A stretch of DNA of 56,660 nucleotides from an uncultured Treponema sp. (GCA_963547555.1 CAUURR010000001.1:1-56660), one strand, 5' to 3'. Shown: positions 28,756 through 39,709, numbered from the stretch's first letter. Notes: generated by a model from the letters alone, not told the origin. Program-made: numbers and translations.

Positions 28756-30720
28756 ATGAATATTTCGGGTTTGAATGCTGCGGCTCTTTCCGTGCGCAGC
28801 CTTGCAATGGATGCTATTCAAAAAGCGAATTCGGGACACCCCGGCTTACCCCTGGGCTGTGCGGAACTTGCCGCCGTTTTGTACGGCGAAATTATGAAGC
28901 ATAATCCGGCCGATTCGCGCTGGGCCGACCGCGACCGCTTTATCTTATCGGCGGGTCACGGTTCAATGCTCGACTATGCTATCCTGCATTTGAGCGGCTA
29001 TAAGGTTAAGCTGAGCGATATAAAGAAATTCCGCCAGCTTAAATCGGTTTGTGCCGGACACCCCGAGTACGGCGTTACCGACGGCGTTGAAGCGACAACC
29101 GGTCCTCTGGGACAGGGAATTGCAATGGCTGTGGGGATGGCGTTGGTTGAAAGTATCTTGGCGGCGAAATTCAATACGCCCAAACATAAGATTGTAGACC
29201 ACTATACATATACTCTGATCGGCGAAGGCTGTCTTATGGAAGGTGTTTCATCCGAAGCTTCGAGTTTTGCAGGCAGCATGAAGCTGGGAAAACTTATCGC
29301 CTTTTACGATAAAAACAAAATAACGATTGACGGTTCAACGGATGCCGTTTTTGCCGAAGATGTTGCCAAACGCTACGAAGCTTACGGCTGGCAGGTTTTG
29401 TCCGGTTCAATGTACGATATGGAAAATATCGCCCGTTTGGTTGCCGAAGCAAAACGCGACGAGCGGCCCTCGCTTATTATTTTGGATTCGGTTATCGGAA
29501 AGGGGGCTCCTACGGTTGCGGGAAGCGCAAAGGCTCACGGTGCCCCCCTCGGTGCCGAAGGTATTGCCGCGGCTAAAAAAGAGCTCGGACTTCCCCTCGA
29601 TAAGGAATTTTACGTTGTGCCTGAAGCGTACGATTATTTTGAATCGAAGCGCGAAAGTTGGGCGAAAAAAGAAGCCGAATGGAAAGCCGTATTTGCCGAG
29701 TGGACCGAAGAAAATCCGGAACTTGCAAAAGAATGGAAACGTTTTTTTGCGGGCAAGCCTTCCAAAAAACCTGCAATGACCGCCTACAAAGCGGGTGATT
29801 CTCTTGCTACGCGCAATGCATCGGGTGCCGCCCTGCTTGATTTAAGCAAAGTGTATACGAATCTTGTCGGCGGCTCTGCGGACTTACAGGGGCCGAACTG
29901 TACAAAATTGGCCGATACAAACTCTTATTCGCCGTCTTGTCGGGACGGACGCTATATCCACTTCGGTATCCGCGAATTTGCGATGGCGGCTGTGTCGAAC
30001 GGTATTGCCCTTCACGGCGGACTTATTCCGTTTTGCGCAACCTTTATGGTGTTTGCCGACTACCTGCGCCCCGCTTTGCGCTTGTCCGCTTTAATGCGCA
30101 AAAACGTTATCTATGTATTAACTCACGATTCGATTTTTGTCGGCGAAGACGGCCCGACCCACCAGCCGATTGAAACGCTTTCTTCTTTGCGCGTTATTCC
30201 GAATGTGCAGGTCTTGCGCCCCGGTGATGCCGAGGAAACCGCCGAAGCTTGGAAGATGGCGGTTACTTCAAAAGAAACGCCTGTTTGTATTGCCTTGAGC
30301 AGACAAAATCTTCCCGTTTACGAAAAAGACGATCCCGATTGGCGCAATACGATTTTATGCGGGGCTTATATCGTACAAAAGGGCGGAGCGAAACCCGACG
30401 TAACCGTTCTTGCAACCGGTTCGGAAGTTTCCCTTGCGCTTAAGGCCGCTTCCCTTGTTAAGGGTAAAAAGGTACGCATTGTTTCGGTTATAGACCGCGA
30501 ATTGTTCCGCGCTCAACCTAAGGAAATAAAAGAGTCGATAATGGGTAAGGGACGGCGCATTGTTGCCGAAGCCGCAAGTCCGATGGGCTGGGAAGGTTTT
30601 GCTTCAAGCGAAAAAGACCTGTTCTGCTTAACCTCTTTCGGCGAATCCGCACCCGGTGCAAAGGTTGCCGAACATTTCGGCTTCACGGCGGAAAATTTGG
30701 CAAAGCTGATAGAAGGTTGA
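28756..30720 (+). CDS. tkt: Transketolase
   Basis: SGHPGLPLG, DRFILSAGHGS, TGPLGQG, THDSIFVGEDGPTHQP. Confidence 0.98.
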   Translation: MNISGLNAAALSVRSLAMDAIQKANSGHPGLPLGCAELAAVLYGEIMKHNPADSRWADRDRFILSAGHGSMLDYAILHLSGYKVKLSDIKKFRQLKSVCAGHPEYGVTDGVEATTGPLGQGIAMAVGMALVESILAAKFNTPKHKIVDHYTYTLIGEGCLMEGVSSEASSFAGSMKLGKLIAFYDKNKITIDGSTDAVFAEDVAKRYEAYGWQVLSGSMYDMENIARLVAEAKRDERPSLIILDSVIGKGAPTVAGSAKAHGAPLGAEGIAAAKKELGLPLDKEFYVVPEAYDYFESKRESWAKKEAEWKAVFAEWTEENPELAKEWKRFFAGKPSKKPAMTAYKAGDSLATRNASGAALLDLSKVYTNLVGGSADLQGPNCTKLADTNSYSPSCRDGRYIHFGIREFAMAAVSNGIALHGGLIPFCATFMVFADYLRPALRLSALMRKNVIYVLTHDSIFVGEDGPTHQPIETLSSLRVIPNVQVLRPGDAEETAEAWKMAVTSKETPVCIALSRQNLPVYEKDDPDWRNTILCGAYIVQKGGAKPDVTVLATGSEVSLALKAASLVKGKKVRIVSVIDRELFRAQPKEIKESIMGKGRRIVAEAASPMGWEGFASSEKDLFCLTSFGESAPGAKVAEHFGFTAENLAKLIEG

Positions 30721-30760
30721 TGCTAGACGTTTAAAACGTTTTAATACGATTTATGAATAA

Positions 30761-30800
30761 GAGGCTGTCTTAAGGTAAATGTCTTAAGACAGCCTTTTTT
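30761..30800 (+). terminator. Terminator after tkt
   Basis: aggctgtcttaag...cttaagacagcct-ttttt. Confidence 0.8.
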
Positions 30801-30925
30801 ACAGCTGTTTGCCGCCCTCAAAAAACTTGCCGAGAATAGGAGCAGTGTGCCGATTTCCATCCATCCTTGCGCTCTTCGCGCTCTTCGCGGTATATTCCGG
30901 TAGTCCGTTCTTGGTGTCTTTACGG

Positions 30926-31912
30926 TTACACCTTTGCTCCCGCTGTTTGCCGCTTATGGTGCAGATATGATACGGCAATAATAGCAAGTCCGCTTATAAT
31001 CATCATAAGGCAGAGAATTTGCCCGGTAGACAGATTTAAAAGCGATTGATTAAAATAAATCGGTGCGTCCGGCTTTGCGGTTATGCGGTAGCCTATGTCG
31101 GCATCCGGTTCGCGGAAGTATTCTATAACGAATCGTACCGAGCCGTACCCTGCCGTGTATGCGCCCGACAATAAACCGCGGAACGGCTTTTTTTTGCTTA
31201 AAAAGCGCAAAAGGGCGAAGAGTACAATGCCTTCAAAAAAAGCTTCATATAATTGGCTCGGGTGCCGCGGTAAATTCACTAAAAGAGCCTCGGGGGCTGT
31301 GCTTATGCCGGTTTGTTCGGCGATTTTTTGCACCCAGTCTATCGAAAGCGAAAACCGCGGTGCGCCCGGAAAAACCATTCCCCACGGCACGGTTGTAATG
31401 CGTCCGTATAATTCGGCATTAAAAAAGTTTCCCAACCGTCCGAATGTGTAGCCCAAGGGAATTGAAACCACCATGGCATCTATCCATTGCCAATAGGAAC
31501 GCTTATTTTTGGCGCACCATACAATCATCCCTATAAGACCGCCGATAAAGCCGCCGTGGTACGACATTCCCGCCAAGCCCGTAAACGTACCGGTTTGATC
31601 GAAAGGCCAAAAAATAAGCCACGGTGCTTTAAGATACATACCGCTTTGGTCGTATACGAGGGCAGAAAAAATCCGTGCGCCTAAAAGCAGTCCGATAATC
31701 CCGAAGGTAAAAAAGCCGAAAATATCGTCTTCGGTCGCCTTGTGTTCGGGGGTGTCGAGCAGTCCTTCTTTTTGCAATGACATACATACGCGGATTGCCG
31801 TAGCAAAGGCGAAAATGTACATTAAACCGTACCAGCGTATTATGCCCAAGACGGGGACGCCGGGAAAAATTTCGGGGTGAATCCATGAAGGATAATTGAG
31901 TGCTAAAAACAT
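30926..31912 (-). CDS. lgt: Prolipoprotein diacylglyceryl transferase
   Basis: IRWYGLMY, GMSYHGG, GRLGNFFNAELYGR, RHPSQLYE. Confidence 0.97.
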   Translation of the reverse strand: MFLALNYPSWIHPEIFPGVPVLGIIRWYGLMYIFAFATAIRVCMSLQKEGLLDTPEHKATEDDIFGFFTFGIIGLLLGARIFSALVYDQSGMYLKAPWLIFWPFDQTGTFTGLAGMSYHGGFIGGLIGMIVWCAKNKRSYWQWIDAMVVSIPLGYTFGRLGNFFNAELYGRITTVPWGMVFPGAPRFSLSIDWVQKIAEQTGISTAPEALLVNLPRHPSQLYEAFFEGIVLFALLRFLSKKKPFRGLLSGAYTAGYGSVRFVIEYFREPDADIGYRITAKPDAPIYFNQSLLNLSTGQILCLMMIISGLAIIAVSYLHHKRQTAGAKV

Positions 31913-31966
31913 ATCTGTATACAAGGCTTTTGCAGCCCCGGTTTTACCTTCCTTTTGCGTTTTAAA

Positions 31967-33100
31967 TCAGATTTTAAATCCCTGTGCGTGCGCTTTTACA
32001 ATTTTTGACTTTAAAAGCATGTTTTCTTTTCGCAGCTGAGTAATTTCGTATTGCTGGGCCTTTATCGTATCGGCAAGTTCACCGGTTGTTAAAGCGCCGC
32101 TTCCGATTAAATCCTCAACGTAAGAAATCTTTGCTTCGTAGTCTTCTTCCGCCTCCGCTCCCATCAGTTCAAAGCTGTCGGCGGGAAGTTCCGTGTCATC
32201 GAAGGCCAAATCTTCCGATTGCATGATTTTGTCCGCAATACGGTATATCGACTGGGATAATATCGATTGGGGTTTGTATACGGTTATCGGTAAGCGCGAT
32301 GAAAGAGCTATATCCTGCATGGGATCGCGGTATACCACTCCCAAATAGTCAAGCGTTAAGCCCAAATATTCGGTACAGGAGCGGCGGATTTTCATGGCGC
32401 GTTCGGCATCTTTCGGGTCTTCAATCATATTCATGACAAGCCGCGGTTTGAATTTTTGAATGCGTTTTATAAATACGTCCGCACTTTTAGGATCAATGCG
32501 TATAATATTTTCCGTCAATTTTGGGATATAAAGTCTTTGAAGCGATGCGGGGTCCGACCTGAGCTTTTCAAGGTACTCGTATGCTTTTGAATTTTTCTTA
32601 AACGAATTGTACATAAGGCGGAACAGGACATTTTTCAAAAACAGATAGCCGTTCAGTGTTGCCGTAACGGCCGGGGCTGTTACAAGGAGTCCCTGCGGCG
32701 AAAGCAAAAACATATCGAGGATTGTCAAGTGCGTTCCGGCACCCAAGTCGAGGATAAGATAATCGGTTTCTATTTTTTGAAATTTTTTAATCAATAAATT
32801 TTTTTGCGAAAGAGGAAGAGCCGTTAAACCCGGAATTTCCGAGTCGCCTGCTATAAAGCGAACGTTCTTATACCCCGACGGAGTGATTATGTCTTCAAAA
32901 TCGGAAGTCCCCGATAAAAAAGTTCCCAGCCCTTTTTTCGGTGCTTGCTGACCGATTGCCAAATGGAGGTTTGAAGCGCCCAAATCAAGGTCAACGAGGA
33001 TGACGTCTTTGCCCGCTTTACCGAGGGTAACGGCGAGGTTTGCCGATAAAAGACTTTTACCTACGCCTCCCTTACCGCTTGCAATAGGAATTATTTGCAT
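31967..33100 (-). CDS. MinD/FlhG/ParA-family P-loop ATPase with C-terminal extension
   Basis: SGKGGVGKS deviant Walker A, VDLDLGASNL, ILDLGAG. Confidence 0.9.
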   Translation of the reverse strand: MQIIPIASGKGGVGKSLLSANLAVTLGKAGKDVILVDLDLGASNLHLAIGQQAPKKGLGTFLSGTSDFEDIITPSGYKNVRFIAGDSEIPGLTALPLSQKNLLIKKFQKIETDYLILDLGAGTHLTILDMFLLSPQGLLVTAPAVTATLNGYLFLKNVLFRLMYNSFKKNSKAYEYLEKLRSDPASLQRLYIPKLTENIIRIDPKSADVFIKRIQKFKPRLVMNMIEDPKDAERAMKIRRSCTEYLGLTLDYLGVVYRDPMQDIALSSRLPITVYKPQSILSQSIYRIADKIMQSEDLAFDDTELPADSFELMGAEAEEDYEAKISYVEDLIGSGALTTGELADTIKAQQYEITQLRKENMLLKSKIVKAHAQGFKI

Positions 33101-33513
33101 GGTTCTCCTTCCGTTTTATCCCGTGTCTTATGGATTTTTATCATAATGAACACGGACAGTATAACATCAATTATAAAAAAAGGCATCATATATACCGATG
33201 TTTTTATTATTTCCGTTTTATTCAACGGAAAATTTACAACGGTTTTTCCAAAAGCATCGTAGATGAAAAACATAAAAGCCGCAATACCTGCGATTTTAAT
33301 AATTCCGTACAATTCCGCCGCAAAGGATGCGTGTACACCGTTTTTATACACGACGTACAAAAGATAAAAGGGCAACGCTAAAAGCGGAACCGACATATAC
33401 CACGAAACAGGCAGCCGTGCTTGCGAGCTTTCCGCCTGAACGGCGAGTACGGCACAAAGGCGGAGAATTTCATATATAGAAAGTGCTCCCGCGAGCGGAA
33501 TCTTTTTTTTCAT
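33091..33513 (-). CDS. Hypothetical membrane protein (~4 TM)
   Basis: Hydrophobic segments; overlaps start of the ATPase gene; start uncertain. Confidence 0.7.
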   Translation of the reverse strand: MKKKIPLAGALSIYEILRLCAVLAVQAESSQARLPVSWYMSVPLLALPFYLLYVVYKNGVHASFAAELYGIIKIAGIAAFMFFIYDAFGKTVVNFPLNKTEIIKTSVYMMPFFIIDVILSVFIMIKIHKTRDKTEGEPCK

Positions 33514-33687
33514 TAATTTCCCTGTAAGCGTATCCATTATACTCGAATCCGTGATAACAAGCAACCGATTTTTTCTGAAAATAAAATATTTATACGGAGG
33601 TGGTTAAATCCGGCGGGCTTTCAGCGGTATTTCGCTTTTCCCGCCGCCCGCTTCACTTTTTTTGCCTCTTATTTTATACTTCGAGGA

Positions 33688-34440
33688 ATGAATATACCGC
33701 AAACCGTAATTGTATTATGCAAACCGAATGAAGGAAAAAATATCGGTGCCGTCTGCCGCGCCATGTTTACGATGGGATTAAGCCGTTTGCGTATTGTCGG
33801 GGAGCGTTCGGATTATGAAGATGAAGAAATACGCACTCTTGCCGTTCATGCGTTTCACCTTTGGGAAAAAGCCGAATTTTTTGACAGTCTTGAACATGCG
33901 GTTGAGGATTGCGTTTTTGCAGCCGGGACAACCAGAAGGGGAGGGCATAAGCGCAGTTTTTCCGTGTGCGGCCCGCGGGAATTAAGTTCCCGTATTTTTT
34001 CTTTACCTTCGGCCTGTCGTGCCGCGGTTGTATTCGGAAACGAGCGTACCGGCCTTACCGAAGCCGAATTGAATATCTGCTCCTGTGCCGTAACGATTCC
34101 TGCGGATGCAAAGTCGGGGTCGCTCAATTTGTCGCATGCGGTACAAATTATTGCGTATGAATTATACTGCACTTTTCAAAGCTCTGTGCGGGGCGGTTTG
34201 AAAGATTCCGGTTTTCTTTCCGAAGCGGTTTCAATTTCGCGTTTGGAAAAAACCGTTGATGAAGTTATCGGCTCTTTACGGAAAATCGGCTTTTTTTCTT
34301 TGGGTAATCCTGAAGATATGAAGCGTTTTTGGCTTTCGATTTTATCGCGAGCGGCTCTTTCGGAAGAAGAAGCCCGCTACGTTGAAAAAATATTTTATAA
34401 AGCGTCCTGTTTGAGCTTAAAGAACAAAGCGGATATCTGA
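33688..34440 (+). CDS. SPOUT RNA methyltransferase, TrmJ/LasT family
   Basis: NIGAVCRAM, VVFGNERTGL, SLNLSHAVQIIAYEL. Confidence 0.92.
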   Translation: MNIPQTVIVLCKPNEGKNIGAVCRAMFTMGLSRLRIVGERSDYEDEEIRTLAVHAFHLWEKAEFFDSLEHAVEDCVFAAGTTRRGGHKRSFSVCGPRELSSRIFSLPSACRAAVVFGNERTGLTEAELNICSCAVTIPADAKSGSLNLSHAVQIIAYELYCTFQSSVRGGLKDSGFLSEAVSISRLEKTVDEVIGSLRKIGFFSLGNPEDMKRFWLSILSRAALSEEEARYVEKIFYKASCLSLKNKADI

Positions 34441-35589
34441 TTCCGATATAAAACCGTTTTGAGATTCATAGAATGCCCGCGATACGCAGCTTTGTAATTC
34501 CCGTATGTTTCCCGGCCATGTATGGCTTTGCAATTTTTCTTCGGCCGTATCCGAAAAGAATTTGACCGTGTTGTGCGCCGCGCATAGTTTTTCCAAAAAA
34601 TTGCGGGCAAGGGGCAATATATCTTCCGCCCGCTCTTTAAGAGAAGGGATGTGTATTTCTATGCCTGTGATGCGGTAATATAAATCTTTTCGGAATTCCC
34701 CGCTTTCTTTCCATGCGTTGAGAGGACTGTTTGTTGCGCAAATAATGCGTACATTGATTTTTTTATGTTCGCAGTCTCCAACCCTCCTTATTTCTCCCGT
34801 TTCCAATGCTCTCAGCAGTTTTGCCTGTGTACTCAAACTTATACAGCCTATTTCATCCAAAAAAAGAGTTCCGCCTGCGGCCTTTTCAAACAATCCGATT
34901 CGTGTAACGGCTCCCGTGTAAGCTCCCGCTTTGGTACCGAATAATTCGGCTTCAACGAGGGTATCCTGTATTGCAGCTATATTTTCTTCCACAAAGGCGG
35001 CTTCTTTTCGCTGCGATAAACGGTGGATTAAGCGGGCTGCCCGGCTTTTACCCGTTCCGGTTTCTCCCAATAAAAGGACGGGCATTGAATTCCCCGCCGC
35101 AAGTATAATTTGCTTTTTCAATCCGTAAAAGGTTTCGGATGTACCGATAAAATCCTTAAAGGCACTTTCATCGGGCGGGGAAAGTACTGTATTCGCTGTA
35201 CTAGTGTGTGCATCTTTTTGTGCATAATAGTGTATGTACGAAAGCATATACGAGGGACTGCACGGGAGTGTAATAATATCTTTTGCGCCGGCCTTTGTGT
35301 CGGCCGTTGTGCCGGTTTGCAGCATTTTGGCGGCAAAGATGCCGTCTTTTTCGGATGCCAGTACAAGTACGGGGATATGTGCCGAAAACCGCAAAATATT
35401 ATGTGCCGTTTTAATGTCACCTTTATCGAAAACACAAAAATCAAAAAGAATGAGAGAAATGTTCGCAGGAATATTGTGATTTGCTCCATGAAATGCCGGT
35501 ACACATTCAAAGCCGATACTATTATCTGCAAGCGAAAAACAAAATTCTTTCGTTTTTTCATCATCGCTTATGAGTAAAACGGTAATCAT
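34417..35589 (-). CDS. Sigma54-interacting AAA+ activator with atypical receiver domain and no evident HTH
   Basis: GETGTGKS, ELFG, GAYTGA, LFLDEIG, FRKDLYYR, WPGNIREL; ends ~24 aa later. Confidence 0.9.
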   Translation of the reverse strand: MITVLLISDDEKTKEFCFSLADNSIGFECVPAFHGANHNIPANISLILFDFCVFDKGDIKTAHNILRFSAHIPVLVLASEKDGIFAAKMLQTGTTADTKAGAKDIITLPCSPSYMLSYIHYYAQKDAHTSTANTVLSPPDESAFKDFIGTSETFYGLKKQIILAAGNSMPVLLLGETGTGKSRAARLIHRLSQRKEAAFVEENIAAIQDTLVEAELFGTKAGAYTGAVTRIGLFEKAAGGTLFLDEIGCISLSTQAKLLRALETGEIRRVGDCEHKKINVRIICATNSPLNAWKESGEFRKDLYYRITGIEIHIPSLKERAEDILPLARNFLEKLCAAHNTVKFFSDTAEEKLQSHTWPGNIRELQSCVSRAFYESQNGFISESDIRFVL

Positions 35590-35619
35590 CGGCGGTAACC
35601 GCCATACCGGCTGTAAAAA

Positions 35620-36360
35620 TTATGCTTTCGAGTAAATCCTATCCCATACTAATACTATTATATACCATATGAACGGAAATACAAGAAAAATCTTTAAAGG
35701 GTTGGCAATGATTTCATGCCAGATTTCATGACCGGCATTAAATACTTCATCCGGAACGCGCTTTTTTCGTTTTGAAAAAATCGATAAGGCATCTTTATAA
35801 TAAACGAAGATACTTGAACCGAAGCTGTTTCTCCTCATGTAAGGCCATGCAACTCCGGACGGAATACCGTCTGCAAGAAGTACCATTGACGGATTTGATT
35901 TAAAAATTGCCTCGAGAATATCTTTTTCGGTTTCTTTGGAAAAATATCCTGTATAGCGTCCTACAATATGCAGTCCCGGAAAAGTTGCGTGCACATTGCG
36001 TTCCGATTCTACCAAAGCACCTTTATGCCCGCCTAAAAGGTAGAGCGATCTGTAGCGTGTTTCCAAAATGGTAAAAAACGAAATAAGTGCGGAAAAAGGA
36101 TTATAACGCACGGGTTTGGCTTTTTTGAGAAAAACGGCTCCGTTTATAATACTCTTTGATACGGGTAAAATGAGAGAAGCGTTTTCCAAACAGAGTCTAT
36201 ATTCGGTATTGTGCCTTGCTTTTAAAAGATTCCATACGGATAAAAATACTATTTGTTTTGTTCCCGATGATGCCAAAAGTTCAAACAACGCTTCTTCCAT
36301 ATGTTCGGGGCGGATTATATCCACCGGAACTCCCGCTATTCTTATTCTTTCAACTTCCAT
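35620..36360 (-). CDS. WecB/TagA/CpsF-family glycosyltransferase-like protein
   Basis: GVPVD, LYLLGG, FPGLHIVG..GYF pattern. Confidence 0.75.
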   Translation of the reverse strand: MEVERIRIAGVPVDIIRPEHMEEALFELLASSGTKQIVFLSVWNLLKARHNTEYRLCLENASLILPVSKSIINGAVFLKKAKPVRYNPFSALISFFTILETRYRSLYLLGGHKGALVESERNVHATFPGLHIVGRYTGYFSKETEKDILEAIFKSNPSMVLLADGIPSGVAWPYMRRNSFGSSIFVYYKDALSIFSKRKKRVPDEVFNAGHEIWHEIIANPLKIFLVFPFIWYIIVLVWDRIYSKA

Positions 36361-37244
36361 GCTCCATACTCCGTTAAAGCGCTTTGAATTGCCGACAGTC
36401 CGTACAAAGCCGCGGTTTCCGCGCGCAATATATTCGTTTTTAAATGTATCGGCACAAAACCGCTTTGTTCCAATCTGTTTCTTTCGGCCGGACAGATGCC
36501 GCCTTCACAGCCTACCGCCAAGGCGGTAAAAATACGGCTGCACACATCGGATTCTTTTGCCGCGTCCCGTATTTTTTCGGCTTTGTCCCGTATATGGGTA
36601 AACAGGCTTTTTTGTCCCTCTTCCCGCTCGCAGAGGATAAAGCCGAGGGATGGGATGCCGCATACCGTTTGTTCCCACAAAGCGGCGGCTTCCTCTGCAC
36701 AAAGCACGGTATTTATTTCGGTTTCTATCGGGGAACCGCTTTGTTGACGGGCTTCGCGGATAATGCGCTGCCAGCGATCGATACGCGGGGTATATGCGGG
36801 CGAATACGCTCCCCGTATCGGAATAATACGGCTTATACCGCATTCGGCCGCCTGCCGGACGATTAAATCGGTTTTTTGTACCTTAGGCAAAAACTGAAAA
36901 AGCCACAACGGCTGCGCTTTTTGTCCCTGTGCTTGCGTTTTGTCATTGGCGGTATGCGATTCCGTCTTTTGCGGCAAGTTTATCTGCATTGAAGAGATTT
37001 CCCCTCCGGTACGGTTTTGCGTCTTATGCCCGCTCCCCGTTTCCGAAAAAGGTTCCGTTTCCAGCAGGCTTTCCGTTTTACCCGTATGCAGTTTCATTTT
37101 AATAAGCGAGCCGCCGGGTAAACGTACATCAATATAAGAGCCGTCCTCCAAGCGCAAAACCCGTGATAAATAACGGTGTTCTTTTGCATTTAAAACAATC
37201 CTGCCGTTACGGTCGGGCATTGATGAGCTGACAAATTGACGCAT
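36342..37244 (-). CDS. rsmE: 16S rRNA m3U1498 methyltransferase
   Basis: VLRL, EARQQSG, VGCEGG, ILRAETA; start at MRQFV. Confidence 0.9.
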   Translation of the reverse strand: MRQFVSSSMPDRNGRIVLNAKEHRYLSRVLRLEDGSYIDVRLPGGSLIKMKLHTGKTESLLETEPFSETGSGHKTQNRTGGEISSMQINLPQKTESHTANDKTQAQGQKAQPLWLFQFLPKVQKTDLIVRQAAECGISRIIPIRGAYSPAYTPRIDRWQRIIREARQQSGSPIETEINTVLCAEEAAALWEQTVCGIPSLGFILCEREEGQKSLFTHIRDKAEKIRDAAKESDVCSRIFTALAVGCEGGICPAERNRLEQSGFVPIHLKTNILRAETAALYGLSAIQSALTEYGAWKLKE

Positions 37245-37251
37245 AGTGCCG

Positions 37252-38796
37252 TCAGCGTCCTTTTTTACCCGATTTTGCATCCGCTGCGGATATTTTTTGT
37301 TCTTCCGATGCCGATTCCTGTAATTCTTTTAAGGTCTTTGCGGATTTTACCAAAGCGGCAAAATTCGCATCGGCCGCAATATCCAACGCTGCTTGAAGCT
37401 GCACATCAAAGTCCAAATCGTAAAGTTCGGCGGGTTTTGTACGGTTTACCTGCATTTTGATAAGCCGGCGCAAAAGACGCAATTCCAAATTATAGGTCGA
37501 TCGTAAGGTTTGCGCATAGGCTGCAATATCCGCTTCGTTCATATTCGGATGGGCGCTTACATATTTCGATATAACGTCGTCCGTAATGAGGGCGGCATAG
37601 GCTTTTTCTTCGGCTTCGGTTAAAACAGGCAATGCAATTTCCTTATCCGGGGGAATACCGATTTTATCGATATTGGAATCCGTCGGCGTATAATAACGCG
37701 CCATAGTCAGTTTGATGCCGTCCTGATTGGGCAGGGGAACGACTTGCTGTACGGAGCCCTTGCCGTAGGTACGCTCACCTACAAGATATGCCAAATGGTA
37801 ATCTTTTAACGCGCCCGCCAAAATCTCGGAAGCACTGGCCGAACCCTTGTTTATTAAAATAACCGCGGGAATATCTTTGGGCATTACCGTCGCTCTCGGT
37901 TTTGCACGGTACACCGAATTTTCAAACATAAGCCGGCTTTTTGTACTGACAATCACCCCCGTATCGATAAACTTATCTGCAACATCGGCAACGCTTGATA
38001 TAAGACCTCCGGGATTATTGCGTAAATCTATAATCAGCGAAGTAAAGTCGGCCTTTTTAAATGAGTCCAATGCTTCCTGTACCCGATCCGGTGTTTTCGG
38101 CGTGAATTCTATAATGCGAAGATACCCCGTTCTTTGTTTACCGCGGTTAATCATACCGTATTTTACGGTCGGTACTTCAATCAGGGCTCTAACCAGTGTA
38201 ATCGGAAATTCCCCTGTTTTTCCGCGGCGGATCAACAGATTGACTGAAGTCCCCTTGGGACCGCGTAAAATTTTAAGCACTTCTTCCATGGTAATTTCGG
38301 CGGTAGAAGTGCCGTCTATGCTTAAAATCAAATCTCCTGCCTGAATACCCGCCCGCCAGCCCGGCGTATCTTCAATCGGAGAAACAACTTCCACAAATGC
38401 CGGTTTTTCCGCACTTGTTTCAAGCGGCTTTGTAATGGAAAGACCGACGCCTCCGAAATCTCCCGTTGTCGTATCATTCAAATCGCGCATTTGGGCGCTT
38501 CCCAAATACACGGTGTAGGGGTCGCCGAATGCATCCATCATTCCTTTTAGAGCGCCCTCATACAGGATTTTGGGATCAACCTCATCGACATAGTTTTCAA
38601 GTACAAATGTATACACGCTGTTTAAAAGTTCAATATATTGACGGGAGAGAACTTCTTTTTCGTTGTCCGTATTTTGGGCGCTCTTTACCGTTTGCGCAAA
38701 GGCGGAAGGAAGGGATAATATGCAAAAAGCAAAACAAAGCGTAAAAATCGCCGTTAAAACGGGACGCAAAAAGACGGAAGTTTTTTCGGTTTTCAT
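37252..38796 (-). CDS. ctpA: C-terminal processing peptidase (S41A, PDZ)
   Basis: DPYTVY, FGGVG, DLRNNPGG, SASASEI, TYGKGSVQ. Confidence 0.93.
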   Translation of the reverse strand: MKTEKTSVFLRPVLTAIFTLCFAFCILSLPSAFAQTVKSAQNTDNEKEVLSRQYIELLNSVYTFVLENYVDEVDPKILYEGALKGMMDAFGDPYTVYLGSAQMRDLNDTTTGDFGGVGLSITKPLETSAEKPAFVEVVSPIEDTPGWRAGIQAGDLILSIDGTSTAEITMEEVLKILRGPKGTSVNLLIRRGKTGEFPITLVRALIEVPTVKYGMINRGKQRTGYLRIIEFTPKTPDRVQEALDSFKKADFTSLIIDLRNNPGGLISSVADVADKFIDTGVIVSTKSRLMFENSVYRAKPRATVMPKDIPAVILINKGSASASEILAGALKDYHLAYLVGERTYGKGSVQQVVPLPNQDGIKLTMARYYTPTDSNIDKIGIPPDKEIALPVLTEAEEKAYAALITDDVISKYVSAHPNMNEADIAAYAQTLRSTYNLELRLLRRLIKMQVNRTKPAELYDLDFDVQLQAALDIAADANFAALVKSAKTLKELQESASEEQKISAADAKSGKKGR

Positions 38797-38947
38797 ATAA
38801 TCATTGTACGGTGCACACGAATTTTGTCAAGGGAAAATCAGCCGTTTGTGCCGAAAGAATAAGAGTTTCCGCAGTTGTTTGAAAATCATATAAAACCTGT
38901 TACCTTTTTTTCGATGCTTTGTTTTAACTATAATATAGGTTGTTTCT

Positions 38948-39709
38948 ATGGATAGTATCGAAGGTAAAACGGCATTGGTAATCGGCGGCAGCGGCGGTAT
39001 AGGTTCCTCTGTGTGTGAGGCTCTTGCCGCCTGCGGAGTACACCTTATCATCCACGGAGGTTTCGAATCGAAACGCTTTGATGCTCTTGCGGAAAAATTG
39101 GGACAAAATGTGAGGGTGGAAACACGTATACAGCGTTTTGAAAGCGGTTTTCTTGCCGATTTTGCCTCTACGCCTCTTTACAAAGATGCGCAAAAAGCGG
39201 ATATTATATGTGTATGTTTCGGTCCCTTTGTGCAAAAGGCATTGGAAGATACCGATTCTGCCGACTGGGAACGTGCGGCTTTGAATTATTTGCTGCCGGG
39301 CGTGATTGTAAGTGCGGCATTGCGGCCGATGATAAAACGTTCGTGGGGACGTTTTTTGTTTTTCGGCGGAACACGGACTGACAGAATTAACGCTTTCCGT
39401 ACAAATGCGGCTTATGCGGGGGCAAAAACGGCTTTATCTTCGCTTGTGCGTTCCGTTGCGCTTACATATGCCGCGCAGGGCATTACCTGTAATGCCGTAC
39501 TGCCGGGGTTTACGTGCACGGAATATGTATCGGAAAACGAGCGAAAGAAGCGCGCCGCACAAATGCCCCAAAAAAGGCTGCTTGAACCGAATGAAATTGC
39601 GGATGCTGCCGTATTTTTACTGCGCAATCCTATGTTAAACGGTGTATTATTACCGGTTGACGGCGGTTGGGCACCCGATTTCGGACAAAATACCGGAAAT
39701 TATATTTGA
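38948..39709 (+). CDS. Short-chain dehydrogenase/reductase
   Basis: GGSGGIG, YAGAK, NAVLPG, VDGG. Confidence 0.9.
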   Translation: MDSIEGKTALVIGGSGGIGSSVCEALAACGVHLIIHGGFESKRFDALAEKLGQNVRVETRIQRFESGFLADFASTPLYKDAQKADIICVCFGPFVQKALEDTDSADWERAALNYLLPGVIVSAALRPMIKRSWGRFLFFGGTRTDRINAFRTNAAYAGAKTALSSLVRSVALTYAAQGITCNAVLPGFTCTEYVSENERKKRAAQMPQKRLLEPNEIADAAVFLLRNPMLNGVLLPVDGGWAPDFGQNTGNYI

